A DNA stretch of 64,000 nucleotides from Nostoc sp. DedSLP01 (GTDB lineage Bacteria > Cyanobacteriota > Cyanobacteriia > Cyanobacteriales > Nostocaceae). The stretch lies in the NCBI GenBank assembly GCA_034530875.2, contig JAVRCJ020000021.1, positions 1-64,000 of the forward strand, given 5' to 3'. Under the pieces are notes generated by a model. It worked only from the letters and a program-made list of their open reading frames with translations, was not told where the DNA came from and ran no database searches. The translations under genes were made by a program, and so were the position numbers. Shown here in pieces: positions 63,215-64,000 of this stretch (position 1 is its first letter; each line of letters opens with the position of its first letter).

Positions 63215-63774
63215 CTTCCCAACTGCATTCGCAACGCAGCATGAAAATCTGTTTTCTGATACCTAATGTTTCACCAAAATAAAAATCTGGCAATATCAAG
63301 GGACATCGCCAGGTCTTGTTATTTGATACACGATCGATTGTTTTGTCTTTCCTTGCACTTGTAACAAGGTTCCTCAAGCAAAAATTTGAGCCGGAAACTT
63401 GACTGAGGACAGTATCTTCATCGTGTCCTTTACTTTCTTTCGTTCGTAGTTGGTGTTGAAGCCAGCTTTTGTACGGCACTACAAAAATTTACTGACTATT
63501 AAAAATTTTCAAAAGCTTTGTTCGTAAGCTTTTGGATTTTAGCAAATTTACAGAAGCCTGAAACTCAGGCTTCTTTGAATCTGAACTTGGTGATTTCGTC
63601 TACTTTACAAATAAAACAAGCTAAATCAGCCTTTCCTCTATCGGCTGTACAAGGCTCTCACACTCCAACACACAGGTGTGAGTTAGAGCGTGAACTTGAT
63701 TAATTCAAGCTATGTAGTGAGGAACTTTGTCACAAGGCAATTTTGGGCTGATTTAAACTCAATTTTAGAGTGCC

Positions 63775-63984
63775 TTATTTAGGAGTAGCAGTCGTTGTTG
63801 GAGAAGCAGCTGGGGTAGGAGCAGTCGGAGCAGCTGGGGTAGGAGCTGTAGTAGCAGGTGCATCTGTTGGTTCACCTGTAGGAGCTGGAGTAGTAGTACT
63901 GCCGCCATCACCACCGCCTTCACATGCTCCGAGCATTGCAGCCAGACTTAACATTAGAGCCAAACCAAAGATTTTTGTTTTCAT
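63775..63984 (-). CDS. small Pro/Thr/Ala-rich lipoprotein
   Basis: Strong RBS GAGGAG, lipobox LGAC and a low-complexity tail. Confidence 0.75.
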   Translation of the reverse strand: MKTKIFGLALMLSLAAMLGACEGGGDGGSTTTPAPTGEPTDAPATTAPTPAAPTAPTPAASPTTTATPK

Positions 63985-64000
63985 AACTCCTCTTTCACCA

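Noticed and set aside
12737..63703. Numerous 60-150 aa ORFs antisense to or nested in long genes
   Set aside because: They overlap well-supported CDSs and show no independent motifs.

Overview
This is chromosomal DNA from a heterocyst-forming cyanobacterium (Nostocales), judged from frequent HIP1 GCGATCGC sites, heptameric STRR repeats, rpaA, glgB and a complete heterocyst glycolipid island. The first ~10 kb is a decayed accessory region with ArsR, RecD2, ISL3, IS1634, RRXRR/IscB-type, MT-A70 and IS4 remnants. Intact genes there are a binding-protein/histidine-kinase pair, a CoiA/GIY-YIG nuclease and a GC-rich SnoaL-like gene. From 10-18 kb come a Cache-type histidine kinase and a TamB-like protein. 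At 18.5-24.3 kb lies an AT-rich five-gene small-molecule biosynthetic island: a PRMT-like methyltransferase, a RohQ/DUF6190-like protein, a heme-oxygenase-like diiron oxidase fused to a Rieske domain, a class V PLP enzyme and a DPP III/M49-like metalloprotein. This island is the best candidate for an undescribed system, possibly an arginine/guanidine-derived N-methylated, N-oxidised metabolite related to the azomycin pathway. From 24.7-30.7 kb are DUF2085, two hydrolases, rpaA and a DUF433/PIN toxin-antitoxin pair. From 30.7-58.8 kb is the hgl/hgd island (hetI, hetN-like SDR lacking RGSGR, hetM/hglB, hglA, hglD-C fusion, hglG, hglE, hgdBC, glycosyltransferases including hglT). The window ends with a TPR protein, glgB and small proteins. 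Family assignments come from motif recognition and recall, not from database searches.
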